Assembly: GCA_035290065.1 (NCBI GenBank)
Contig: DATDVD010000032.1
Location: forward strand, 8,737-72,736
Origin: Coxiellaceae bacterium
Lineage (GTDB): Bacteria > Pseudomonadota > Gammaproteobacteria > Coxiellales > Coxiellaceae
DNA: 64,000 nucleotides
Reading direction: 5' to 3'
This document shows, one piece after another, positions 26,046 to 34,888 of the stretch. The stretch's first letter is position 1, and each line of letters opens with the position of its first letter. The position numbers were made by a program, and so were the translations under genes. Under the pieces are notes generated by a model. The model was not told the origin of the DNA and ran no database searches. It worked only from the letters and a program-made list of their open reading frames with translations.

Positions 26046-26981
26046 ATGTTGAAGAAATCTACCCAAGTAAAATCAAAGGATAGTCCAGGCATGGTAAAGA
26101 ACATTAAAAATAAATTTCATTATTGGCTTTCTAGATTTGAGAAATTTTTTTGGTCTAAAAAAAATTATAAGTTTTTTATTAAGGACTGGGCATCTCTCCC
26201 AGATCTTCAGAGTTGTGCCGATGTTATTAAAACTATGCGCTTTAGCAACCAACTCACTCCCGTGCAATTAGAGGGTGTAAAAGCTAAGAAAATATTAGTG
26301 ATTAGTCCACACCCTGATGATGAAATATTTGGTGCGGGCGGCGTTCTGATTAAAGCAATTCAAGAGGGGGCTCAAGTTAAAGTAGTATACTTAACCTCTG
26401 GGAAAACCAATACTCAATCGGAAAGAGAAGCCGAAACATTACTAGCTGCTCAATTAATTGGCTATGAAACAGAATTTTTTAGGCAACCTGTTCATGCTAT
26501 CTCCATCGAAAACCCTATGCTTAAAAAATTTTCTCATCTTGTTAATACCTGGCAGCCTGATGCATGTTTTGTATCAGCCCTATTCGATGATCATCCCGAT
26601 CATCGACGAGCAAGCGAATTACTGTATCGAGCTTACCAATCAGGCTATCTTTCTCGAAATATGATGATTTGGGCCTACCAAATTTATTCTATGATTATAC
26701 CTAATGTGATTGTCGATATTACTGATTTTGTTGAATTAAAGAAAAAAGCCATGCACACCTGGGCCACCCAGCTTAAAATCAGAAACTATGCGCATTACAT
26801 TATAGGTCTCAATGCCTTTAATACACGCTTTTTAAACACCACAGGAACGCGCTATGCAGAAACATTTTTTGTGCTACCTTCTGACGAGTATTTGAAATTA
26901 TGCCAAATTTATTTTTCAGGGAAAAATGCTACCGTTTATGAGTCATCTTTGGAATCCAGAGAAAAAGAGCTAATTAATTAG
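26046..26981 (+). CDS. PIG-L/LmbE-family N-acetylglucosaminyl deacetylase
   Basis: VISPHPDDEIFGAGG and DDHPDHRRAS motifs. The start is uncertain (ATG at 26028, 26046 or 26091). The listed 25920 start overlaps the divergent methyltransferase gene and is unlikely. Confidence 0.75.
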   Translation: MLKKSTQVKSKDSPGMVKNIKNKFHYWLSRFEKFFWSKKNYKFFIKDWASLPDLQSCADVIKTMRFSNQLTPVQLEGVKAKKILVISPHPDDEIFGAGGVLIKAIQEGAQVKVVYLTSGKTNTQSEREAETLLAAQLIGYETEFFRQPVHAISIENPMLKKFSHLVNTWQPDACFVSALFDDHPDHRRASELLYRAYQSGYLSRNMMIWAYQIYSMIIPNVIVDITDFVELKKKAMHTWATQLKIRNYAHYIIGLNAFNTRFLNTTGTRYAETFFVLPSDEYLKLCQIYFSGKNATVYESSLESREKELIN

Positions 26982-28015
26982 ACCAATTTAAAATCACCGT
27001 AGGAAAACAAACCAGGAAACTTTTCCTCAAAAATTTTTCTTTCACTGGAAACAATAAGGTATTGTTGATAAGTTTTTTTTGTCAATTCAAATTTATTTTG
27101 ACTCCATAGCGACTCAAGAGAACTTGAAATAATTTTTGTATTCAGATAAACGCAATATATTTTTTTGGCCAGGACAATAGCAGCGGAAAGCAATTGTTTC
27201 TGAGCAAGAATATCATCGGGAGTAACAATAAACTCACAGATTCTAGCAGAAGATTGAATTTTCTGAATAATCGCTAATCCAAGCAGTTTTCTTCCTTGTC
27301 TTATCTCAATATAAAAATAATGGGATGAAAAGGGGGAATCTAAATAACGCCATTTTAAATAATCGAACTTCTTTTCTATACTACAAAAAGGTACCTTACA
27401 TTGAGAAAGAAAAATTTTTTCAATACTTATTATGTCATCAAAACTAATTTCTGAAAGAAAGTTAATTTTTCCAAATTTAACAAAAAAATCCTGTCTCTTT
27501 AATTGATAAGATGTGAAATTATTCAACCGGGGTTTTATTATTTTTTGAAAAATTTTGTTCTTAAGGCTAACACATTTTTGAAATGTCTTTTCACTATCCT
27601 GCATGAAAGAAGCCCCATAACGCGCCCACAGGGCATGTACTGCTTCTGAAGCATGAGGTGTAATTAAAAGTTCAGTGGGCGCATTTTTAATGCAATAATT
27701 TGAAAAAAATAAAGTGTTTTTGAGCGAGCACCCTACAAAGGCACAAAAATCTGAACCGGATGCAACAATGATTCTTTTATCTCTAAAAATAAAAGGTAAA
27801 TAGGTAAAAATAATGGAGGCCATTAATTTCGAATTTTGATACAAACCATAACCAATAGGCTGACCCTCTCTAAAGGGATTATTCAACAAATTCCATCGCA
27901 TGAACTGAAGCCAATTATCATACCCCCATTGCAAATACAGCTTTTTCTCTTGCAAACTGGCTAATAGTGAAGGCGATAATTGTTCGAATACTAGGGGTTT
28001 GATTTCTGTAGTCAT
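26978..28015 (-). CDS. hypothetical protein, possibly a GNAT/FemAB-like acyltransferase
   Basis: 345-aa ORF. The C-terminal segment (LLGLAIIQKIQSSARICEFIV...QLLSAAIVLAKK) is GNAT-like. The family assignment is weak. Confidence 0.4.
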   Translation of the reverse strand: MTTEIKPLVFEQLSPSLLASLQEKKLYLQWGYDNWLQFMRWNLLNNPFREGQPIGYGLYQNSKLMASIIFTYLPFIFRDKRIIVASGSDFCAFVGCSLKNTLFFSNYCIKNAPTELLITPHASEAVHALWARYGASFMQDSEKTFQKCVSLKNKIFQKIIKPRLNNFTSYQLKRQDFFVKFGKINFLSEISFDDIISIEKIFLSQCKVPFCSIEKKFDYLKWRYLDSPFSSHYFYIEIRQGRKLLGLAIIQKIQSSARICEFIVTPDDILAQKQLLSAAIVLAKKIYCVYLNTKIISSSLESLWSQNKFELTKKTYQQYLIVSSERKIFEEKFPGLFSYGDFKLV

Positions 28016-28053
28016 AGGGTTAATTGCATTTTAATTTTTCCCCGTATTATATT

Positions 28054-28674
28054 ATGATAGGGGGAATTGTGAAGAGGTTAACGCCATTGATTGTATCCCC
28101 AATATCTAACATTATTTTTGAGAAATATCCCTGGCTATCCTTTTACTTGGATAAAATAACCTCCCTTGATTGGAAATATGGCAACCTTCAGATCAATATC
28201 ACGCAAACTCAAACCATCATACAAGCCTGCTGTCAGGATAACCAATGGCTAAGAGCAGACCCTATTCCCTATGATTCAGACGAAGATCATTATTGGTTGC
28301 ATGCAGGGAAAGAGGGTGAACCCATTGTGCTATTAATTGTATGGGCACCAAGGACCGTAGGGATACCTCACAATCATAAAACCTGGGCGGTAGTAGGCTG
28401 TATAAAGGGCTGTGAGAAGCATGTCTTCTGGAATCGGCTAGACGACAGGACAAAACAAGGCTATGCCAAATTAGCCCGCGGCCCAGAAATAGTGTGCTCT
28501 CCTAACAGGGTGATTACCATGCAATCTGATGACATTCATCATGTGGAAAATCAGGCGGGCCCTGGAAAAATCACTCTATCGCTTCATGTATATGGAACCG
28601 ATATCACACAAACCGGAAGAGAACAGTTTAATATAGAAAAACAAACGGTCAGTTTAATGACAGGGTTAAAATAA
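28054..28674 (+). CDS. cupin-fold protein, cysteine-dioxygenase-like
   Basis: IPHNHKTWAVVGCIKG and DDIHHVEN blocks resemble the CDO-type cupin metal site. I prefer the ATG at 28054 over the listed TTG at 28024. Confidence 0.5.
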   Translation: MIGGIVKRLTPLIVSPISNIIFEKYPWLSFYLDKITSLDWKYGNLQINITQTQTIIQACCQDNQWLRADPIPYDSDEDHYWLHAGKEGEPIVLLIVWAPRTVGIPHNHKTWAVVGCIKGCEKHVFWNRLDDRTKQGYAKLARGPEIVCSPNRVITMQSDDIHHVENQAGPGKITLSLHVYGTDITQTGREQFNIEKQTVSLMTGLK

Positions 28675-29297
28675 TGCAGAAAATTATGCCCTTTTTAGGG
28701 AAGCCAGTGTATCATAGCGCGCACAGGGAAGGTCTAACAAAATCAGAGGGGGAAAAGTTGACTTATGAAAACAGGCAGTTAGCTCAATGAGGAAGCTACA
28801 GTAATGAAAAGGAAGGCGATTATATGATTTCTTATTTGTCCCGCTGGATTATCCTGGAATCTTTGTTAAAAAAGGCACACGTGGCAGCTATTAACTTTCA
28901 TCCTGGATCTCCACATTATCCCAGCATTGGTTGCAATAATTTTGCACTCTATGAAAAAGCAGAACAATATGGAGTAACTTGCCACCCTAGGGTAGGAAAA
29001 GTAGATACTGGCGACATTATTACCACCAAACAGTTTCCTATTTTTCCCATTGATAAAGTTTATTCTTTACTTTCAAGAACTTATGATTTTCAACTTACAC
29101 TTTTCTACAAAATCATGGACTTAATTTTAAACGATCAAGCATTACCACAGTCTTCAGAAAAATAGCATAGAAAACCATTTACAAGAAAAGAATTCAAGGA
29201 GCTGACTAAAGTCTCTAGCAATATGAGCAAAAACGAAGTGATGAAGAGAGTGAAAGCGACTCGTTATGGGGCATGGAAATCTATTATAGAAGACTAG
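28675..29297 (+). pseudogene. decayed formyltransferase (sugar N-formyltransferase/Fmt family) gene
   Basis: The 113-aa ORF (28824-29165) carries the catalytic block INFHPGSPHYPSIG...VDTGDII but lacks the N-terminal subdomain. A 38-codon ORF in another frame starts at the cupin stop (TAATG at 28672-28677). An in-frame TAG at 29163-29165 is followed by 43 more in-frame sense codons up to the stop at 29295-29297. Confidence 0.5.
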
Positions 29298-29319
29298 AGT
29301 TCACTGCTAATTAAATAAT

Positions 29320-30399
29320 TTATTCTAGCACCTCTTCTTTCTCATAGTTTCGATTCGCCCGAGTATGCAATATATTCCAATAATCCATAGGCGATCTTCC
29401 ATTATCAGGTCTTTTAGCTATAATGTTGTTTTCGGTAAATCTCGAATTCTTTTGAATTTTCTTTACCGTCATTAAGCTTTTTCGCGCTATATTCCTATTC
29501 CCCATTTCTGAAGAATACACAACTTTTCGAGGAGTACCCAAGCTCTCTTCTACTTGTCGAATAGTAGTAATCATCGCTTTAAGTTCATGGGGTTCTAAAG
29601 ATGCTGCATGATCAGGGCCTTCCATAGAACGAGCCAAAGTAAAATGCTTTTCGATGATCGTTGCTCCTCGTGCCACAGCTGCAATAGGCACAGCTATGCC
29701 TAAGGTATGGTCCGACAATCCAACGTCTAAGCCAAATGCATTATGCATAGTATCCATAGCTAATAAATTAACGTCCCGATAGTTTGTTGGATAACTAGTA
29801 GTACATTGCAATAATGTCACTTTGTTTTTAACGATTTCATAACCTGCCATAGAACAATACGCTTCTTGAAAAGATTTTTTAGAAGGAAATTGATTTGCAT
29901 GCAAATAACCAAAGGCTAATACTGACAAAGCTTGTTCTATTTCTGCTAAGGTGGACATGCCAGTGGACAATATTACATAGGCACCTGAGCGAGCAGCACA
30001 CAGTAATAATAAACCATGTGTTATTTCTCCCGACGGGATTTTAATAATATTTAAATTCAAATCACGTATTAAAAAATCAACAGAGTTCGTGTCAAAAGGA
30101 GAGGCTAAAAATGCTACGCCCTTTTTCTGACAATAATTAGATAATAAATGGAATTCTGAGGCCTTAAGTTCCAATCGTTTCAACATATCGTATTGACTTT
30201 CTTTGATAAGATCATTTCTAATCTGATATTCAGCTTTAGGAGCATTAACACTCGCTAATGCTTCTGCATTAATAATCTGAAATTTAACAAAATCTGCCCC
30301 GGCCTCAGCTGCCACATCCACCATTTCGATGGCAAGATCAATAGAACCATTATGATTGACGCCGGCTTCAGCTATGATGCGAGTTCGTTTTCTTTCCAT
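29320..30399 (-). CDS. neuB: N-acetylneuraminate-synthase family enzyme (NeuB/LegI-type nonulosonic acid synthase)
   Basis: IIAEAGVNHNGS, FVKFQ, GLSDHTLG, IIEKHFTL and GPDHAASLEP blocks, plus a C-terminal SAF domain. Confidence 0.87.
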   Translation of the reverse strand: MERKRTRIIAEAGVNHNGSIDLAIEMVDVAAEAGADFVKFQIINAEALASVNAPKAEYQIRNDLIKESQYDMLKRLELKASEFHLLSNYCQKKGVAFLASPFDTNSVDFLIRDLNLNIIKIPSGEITHGLLLLCAARSGAYVILSTGMSTLAEIEQALSVLAFGYLHANQFPSKKSFQEAYCSMAGYEIVKNKVTLLQCTTSYPTNYRDVNLLAMDTMHNAFGLDVGLSDHTLGIAVPIAAVARGATIIEKHFTLARSMEGPDHAASLEPHELKAMITTIRQVEESLGTPRKVVYSSEMGNRNIARKSLMTVKKIQKNSRFTENNIIAKRPDNGRSPMDYWNILHTRANRNYEKEEVLE

Positions 30400-31553
30400 G
30401 GTGTATAAAACCTTTTCTGAATAATATTATCTAAACTTATTTCTTTTAAAACTTTTTTTATCTTTTGAGAAACGTCCCCATTCCCATAAGGAGAATAAAT
30501 ATTTGATAGTACTTCTTTAAAGTCTTTTGATTGAGAAGTTTTAAGAGCACATAATATTGCTTCACATTTTTCTTCACAGTTAATTACGGAACTGGCTTGT
30601 AATCTATTTTTTTGACGATCTCCTATATTAATAGTCGGCGTACCTACAAATGGAACCTCAATCAATCCACTAGAAGAATTTCCCAAAACTACATCCACGA
30701 TTTTAGCCAAGCTCAAATAATAAGTCAGTCCTAAAGCAGTAAATGAAAATCGATGAATTTCATCTTTAGAAACAAACTGTTTTATTAATTTAGTTATTTT
30801 TCTTCCAGCCTCATCAGCATTTGACTCGGTAAAAATGATAGAGGCATTAGGATAATGCTCTAATGCTTTAAATATTTCTTTTATTCCTTCGTCGAGATTT
30901 TTGTTTTTTGCCGTAGGCGGATGGTAAGTTACTAATATATTAAATTCAAAAAATTGGAGGCTTAAAGCGGAACTCAATTCAGAGTGAGTTAGAAAACGAG
31001 TTCTTTTAATATGATCCAGCCCAGGGGCACCGAAATTGTATACAAAATCAGGAGATTCGCCTAATTGCAAAATCCTCTCATAATATTTTTGAGCAACTGG
31101 AAAGTGTATGTGTGATAATTTTGTTATAGCATGGCGAATAGAATCATCCAGAGCGCCTTCTGTAATTTCTCCTCCATGAATATGAGCAACAGGTATTTTT
31201 AGAATAAAAGATGTCTGTGCCACAGAAAGTGTTTCAAATCGATCTCCCAGTACTACTACTATATCAGGCGACAATCGCTCTAGTGCATCTGCAAACGCTA
31301 TATTTGCTAAGCCCATTGACTTAACAACACCTACAGAAGAATCACTGGATAATAGTATTTCAACCTTAGCATCAATTTCAAAGCCATCTTGTTCAATCAT
31401 ACGATAGGTTAGCCCAAATTCGGGGGACATATGCATACCTGTCGCAATAACTTGTAATTGCAAATGGAGATCATCCGCTATTTCTCGCATAAGCCAAAAA
31501 AGTAGGCCATAATCGGCCCTACTACTGGTTACAACAGCTATTTTTCTTTTCAC
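30372..31553 (-). CDS. neuC: hydrolysing nucleotide-sugar 2-epimerase (NeuC/LegG-type)
   Basis: KIAVVTSSRADYGLLFWLMREI N-terminus and HIHGGEITEGALDDSIRHAITKLSHIHF block. GTG start. Confidence 0.85.
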   Translation of the reverse strand: MKRKIAVVTSSRADYGLLFWLMREIADDLHLQLQVIATGMHMSPEFGLTYRMIEQDGFEIDAKVEILLSSDSSVGVVKSMGLANIAFADALERLSPDIVVVLGDRFETLSVAQTSFILKIPVAHIHGGEITEGALDDSIRHAITKLSHIHFPVAQKYYERILQLGESPDFVYNFGAPGLDHIKRTRFLTHSELSSALSLQFFEFNILVTYHPPTAKNKNLDEGIKEIFKALEHYPNASIIFTESNADEAGRKITKLIKQFVSKDEIHRFSFTALGLTYYLSLAKIVDVVLGNSSSGLIEVPFVGTPTINIGDRQKNRLQASSVINCEEKCEAILCALKTSQSKDFKEVLSNIYSPYGNGDVSQKIKKVLKEISLDNIIQKRFYTPWKENELAS

Positions 31554-31557
31554 TTTA

Positions 31558-32427
31558 CTAACCTATTTTTTCTTGAAAAAAATTCAAGAAGCCTCTGGTA
31601 GAAAAACGGTGATAAGGCTTGTTGTTAATTTCCCAGGGTTCTGCACGCAACCATTGTCGAGAATATCTTTTTATGCGATAGCCTGCCCTGAGAGAAAAAT
31701 ACCCAGGCGCAGTATGGCCTCTCAATATTTTTCGTTCATTGCCTTTGGAAAGAAATCCAGCCCGATGAAAAATATCCGTTCCAAATATAATCAGTGTTCC
31801 CGCTGGCGCAAAAATATCTATGCATTCAGGCAAATCAGTAGGAATAATATCATTCCCCATTTGATAATAAGCTGGGGAACCTACTTCAACAACATTATTA
31901 ATGCCACACCGATCAAACCATTTTCTAAAAATCTCTCTGCCTAACGATTGTGTTCCAGGATGAACACCAAAAGCTCCCCACCCTATTTCTGTAATGTCAT
32001 GAAGATAAATCATGAACTTCAAATTCCATGTCTTATCAAAATGTGAAGCAGCTATCTCACTGTCCCGACCTATATCGTAGGTGGCGTAAACCTCTTCATT
32101 TAGGCAATAAGGATGGCCGACCACTCGATTAGCTAACCTAAAAAAATTTCTATCTGAAAATATTTTATTGATAAATGGAAATTGTTCATTGCCCAATTTT
32201 CTTCTGTTCAATAAAACGTAATCAGCAACATCCCCACCCACCCGCGTAAGGTATTCTATGCCTTCTTGAGTTCGTTGATGATAAATCGCTTCCCATTCTT
32301 CTTGGAGTTTACAAAGATGATCAACATTTATGTAAGAAGGAATAACAACAGCGCCGTATTTTCGCAATGTGTTTTCCACTTCAGGCAATATAAATTTAGA
32401 TGAGACAATTAGATCTTTTAACTTCAC
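31558..32427 (-). CDS. phytanoyl-CoA dioxygenase (PhyH)-family Fe(II)/2-oxoglutarate oxygenase
   Basis: HxD...H facial triad candidates (ASHFDKTW and DIFHRAG) in a PhyH-like length and context. GTG start. Confidence 0.6.
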   Translation of the reverse strand: MKLKDLIVSSKFILPEVENTLRKYGAVVIPSYINVDHLCKLQEEWEAIYHQRTQEGIEYLTRVGGDVADYVLLNRRKLGNEQFPFINKIFSDRNFFRLANRVVGHPYCLNEEVYATYDIGRDSEIAASHFDKTWNLKFMIYLHDITEIGWGAFGVHPGTQSLGREIFRKWFDRCGINNVVEVGSPAYYQMGNDIIPTDLPECIDIFAPAGTLIIFGTDIFHRAGFLSKGNERKILRGHTAPGYFSLRAGYRIKRYSRQWLRAEPWEINNKPYHRFSTRGFLNFFQEKIG

Positions 32428-32430
32428 TAC

Positions 32431-33444
32431 TTATTCCACTATTTCGCGAATATTTTTCCCACTATGAGTGAGGATATTATTTAATGGCTTTGGCTTTTCA
32501 TGGCAGCCCCGAATACAATTCGCACACAATGTTCCACCTAAATCATTATTGATATGCTTTCTACGAAATTCTCTAAAAATATTACTTTCCCATGCTTCTT
32601 TTAAAGGGGTATGATTCAAATCAACCAAAGCTAATAAATTTTCATAATCATTACAGCAGGCTTTCAAATAACCTTCTCGACTAATATGTAATTTATTGAA
32701 GGGGAGGCTGCAATCTCGATAAGGGGGCGCTGGCAATTCTGGCATTTGTCCTGATTGATTAGAAGCCTCGTAATAAATAATTTCATCAACATATTCGTCT
32801 AGCAAATGAATTAGATCCTGAAAAGTATGTCTGGTTTTATCTGTCCCTACAAAAGACACTCCTAAATAAACTTTTTGAGACACTTTCTTTCGATAGGCAC
32901 TTACAAATTTAATATTGTCAATAATTCGGTCAAAATGATCCTTTCCATGAACCTCCAAATAAGTTTCCCGATTACCACCATTAACTGAAAATTTAATAGA
33001 AGATAATCCCGCTTCTAGGATTTGTCGAAATTTTTCTTGATTAGGGAGAGAGCCATTGGTAGAAATATACATGTATTCATAGCCTATTTCCCGACAAAAA
33101 TAAACATAATCGACAATCCATTTACATGTTAAAGGTTCTGCTCCTGCAAATAGCCCAATTTCACGTGCCCCACAGTCATAGGCCTCTTGAACTAGTCGCC
33201 TAAATAAGTTAGGGTCCATATGCCGTCTTGGACGTTCCATAGTAATATACGCACAAAAATTACAATTATGATTGCAGATATTAGTGGTCTCAATTTGTAT
33301 CTGCCTAGGAAAAGAGGGCAACTCTATTCGTTGGGCCCCCTCAATCATGTTGATTAATCGAATACCAACATAACTATTCTCTGCCTTATGTTGGGAAAAA
33401 ATTTCGGATAAATGAGAAATAATAGCTTTATTGTTCTTGTTCAT
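32431..33444 (-). CDS. radical SAM protein with a C-terminal SPASM/twitch-like Cys cluster
   Basis: CNHNCNFCAY (CxxxCxxC) near the N-terminus. The C-terminal cysteines are CSLP...KACCNDY...CANCIRGC. Confidence 0.8.
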   Translation of the reverse strand: MNKNNKAIISHLSEIFSQHKAENSYVGIRLINMIEGAQRIELPSFPRQIQIETTNICNHNCNFCAYITMERPRRHMDPNLFRRLVQEAYDCGAREIGLFAGAEPLTCKWIVDYVYFCREIGYEYMYISTNGSLPNQEKFRQILEAGLSSIKFSVNGGNRETYLEVHGKDHFDRIIDNIKFVSAYRKKVSQKVYLGVSFVGTDKTRHTFQDLIHLLDEYVDEIIYYEASNQSGQMPELPAPPYRDCSLPFNKLHISREGYLKACCNDYENLLALVDLNHTPLKEAWESNIFREFRRKHINNDLGGTLCANCIRGCHEKPKPLNNILTHSGKNIREIVE

Positions 33445-33490
33445 AGTAAATATTCTATTGTATACTTCTCAGAAAGGAAAAGCAATATAA

Positions 33491-34888
33491 ATGAAAAATA
33501 TGACTATCCTATTTATTATCTCCTCAGCAACCAATCTACATCTATTAGAACGCTTATCACTTGATTTATCGAAATGGAATAATACTGTTTTTATTTGTTA
33601 CGATGGAACAGATGCTGATTTATTAAAAAAAATTATCTGTATTTTTTATTCTGAAAGAGTAATAGTGTTTCATAACTATATACTGGAAGATAATAAAAAA
33701 TACATTAAAAAATTAAATCGTATTTATAAAAACAAGCAAGTTCTATTAGCCCATGCGAAAAATCACTATCAAAAATTAGCTATTTCTAATCACATACTTT
33801 CTAAAACAAACCCTGATTTACTCATTACTAGCGAAGACGGTATATCAGGTAATTACTGGCTAATTGGGGCAGCTAAAAAACGCCATATACCTTGTATAAC
33901 AACTCCTTTTGGATTTGGAACTTCTAGAGACCTAGAAAATGTTTTGTCTGTAAAGAAACAAAACAATAATCTTATTACAGTTTCCGGAAAATATGGAAAA
34001 ATCCTCCAAAAAAAATATCCCCACTGGATTAAGACTGGCGACTATGCAGGCGCCTTATTGTTTCCACCCGAATATATTATTCCACTTGAGAAATTGGGTA
34101 TTACTATCCCTCAACCATGGATCATTCAAGGAGGGGTCAGTCATAAAATCGCCGTTGAAAGTAAAAAAATGTATCAGCATTATCTTAACGAAAATATTTC
34201 TTCAACCAAATTAAGTCTGACAGGTACCGTCTACTGCGATATTATTTATGATATCATCCATTCATGCCAAAAATTACAAGAATCCTTTCAAACATCAATG
34301 CCTATTCAGCCGGCTAATCGGTCTATTTTAATTAACTGGCCACCTAATTATGATCCAGAAAAAGGCCAATATTCTGAATTCAAAGATTATGAAGAAGCAA
34401 CCTTAGCAGTGATGAACTTTTTAAAAAGTCTTCCTAATACAACACTTACTATCTGCCCTCATCCGGCCGTTGATAAAAAAGTAAATGATTTATTGGAGCA
34501 CCTAGGTTTCTCAGTTAACGTTCATCATATTATTGAATTGATACCGCAACATGATCTTTATATTTCCAGTTTTTCCAGCAGCATTCGGTATGCTATCGCG
34601 TGTGGCAAACCCGTTGTGAATTATGATTTCTATCATTTTTCTCTTAAGGATTATGAAGGGGAACCGGGTGTAATTACTCTACACTCATTTCATGCCTTGA
34701 AAAATGAAATAACAAAGCTACTAAAAAAAGATGCCTACATAGAGGCTGCTAAACTTCAGAAAACATCAGCCCCTGAATGGGGGATCATCGATGGGAATAA
34801 TTTTTCCCGTATTAATACACTTATCGATACAGTGCTCTATAGACACTCTCGATTACCTACTCGGCTACGGACTCTTCTAGCCAATTAA
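33491..34888 (+). CDS. uncharacterised GT-B-like protein with EDG and HP motifs (paralog of 39831-41363); candidate CMP-ulosonic-acid transferase
   Basis: 465 aa. It shares blocks with the 510-aa protein: PWIIQGGVSHKIAVESKKMYQHY/PWMMNSGYANLIAVESEKMYEYY, IRYAIACGKPVVNYD/IRWAIACGLPVINYD and WGIIDGNNFSRIN/WGYLDGKSSERIN. Motifs are SEDG and TICPHP. It is the only plus-strand gene inside the long minus-strand run. Confidence 0.55.
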   Translation: MKNMTILFIISSATNLHLLERLSLDLSKWNNTVFICYDGTDADLLKKIICIFYSERVIVFHNYILEDNKKYIKKLNRIYKNKQVLLAHAKNHYQKLAISNHILSKTNPDLLITSEDGISGNYWLIGAAKKRHIPCITTPFGFGTSRDLENVLSVKKQNNNLITVSGKYGKILQKKYPHWIKTGDYAGALLFPPEYIIPLEKLGITIPQPWIIQGGVSHKIAVESKKMYQHYLNENISSTKLSLTGTVYCDIIYDIIHSCQKLQESFQTSMPIQPANRSILINWPPNYDPEKGQYSEFKDYEEATLAVMNFLKSLPNTTLTICPHPAVDKKVNDLLEHLGFSVNVHHIIELIPQHDLYISSFSSSIRYAIACGKPVVNYDFYHFSLKDYEGEPGVITLHSFHALKNEITKLLKKDAYIEAAKLQKTSAPEWGIIDGNNFSRINTLIDTVLYRHSRLPTRLRTLLAN

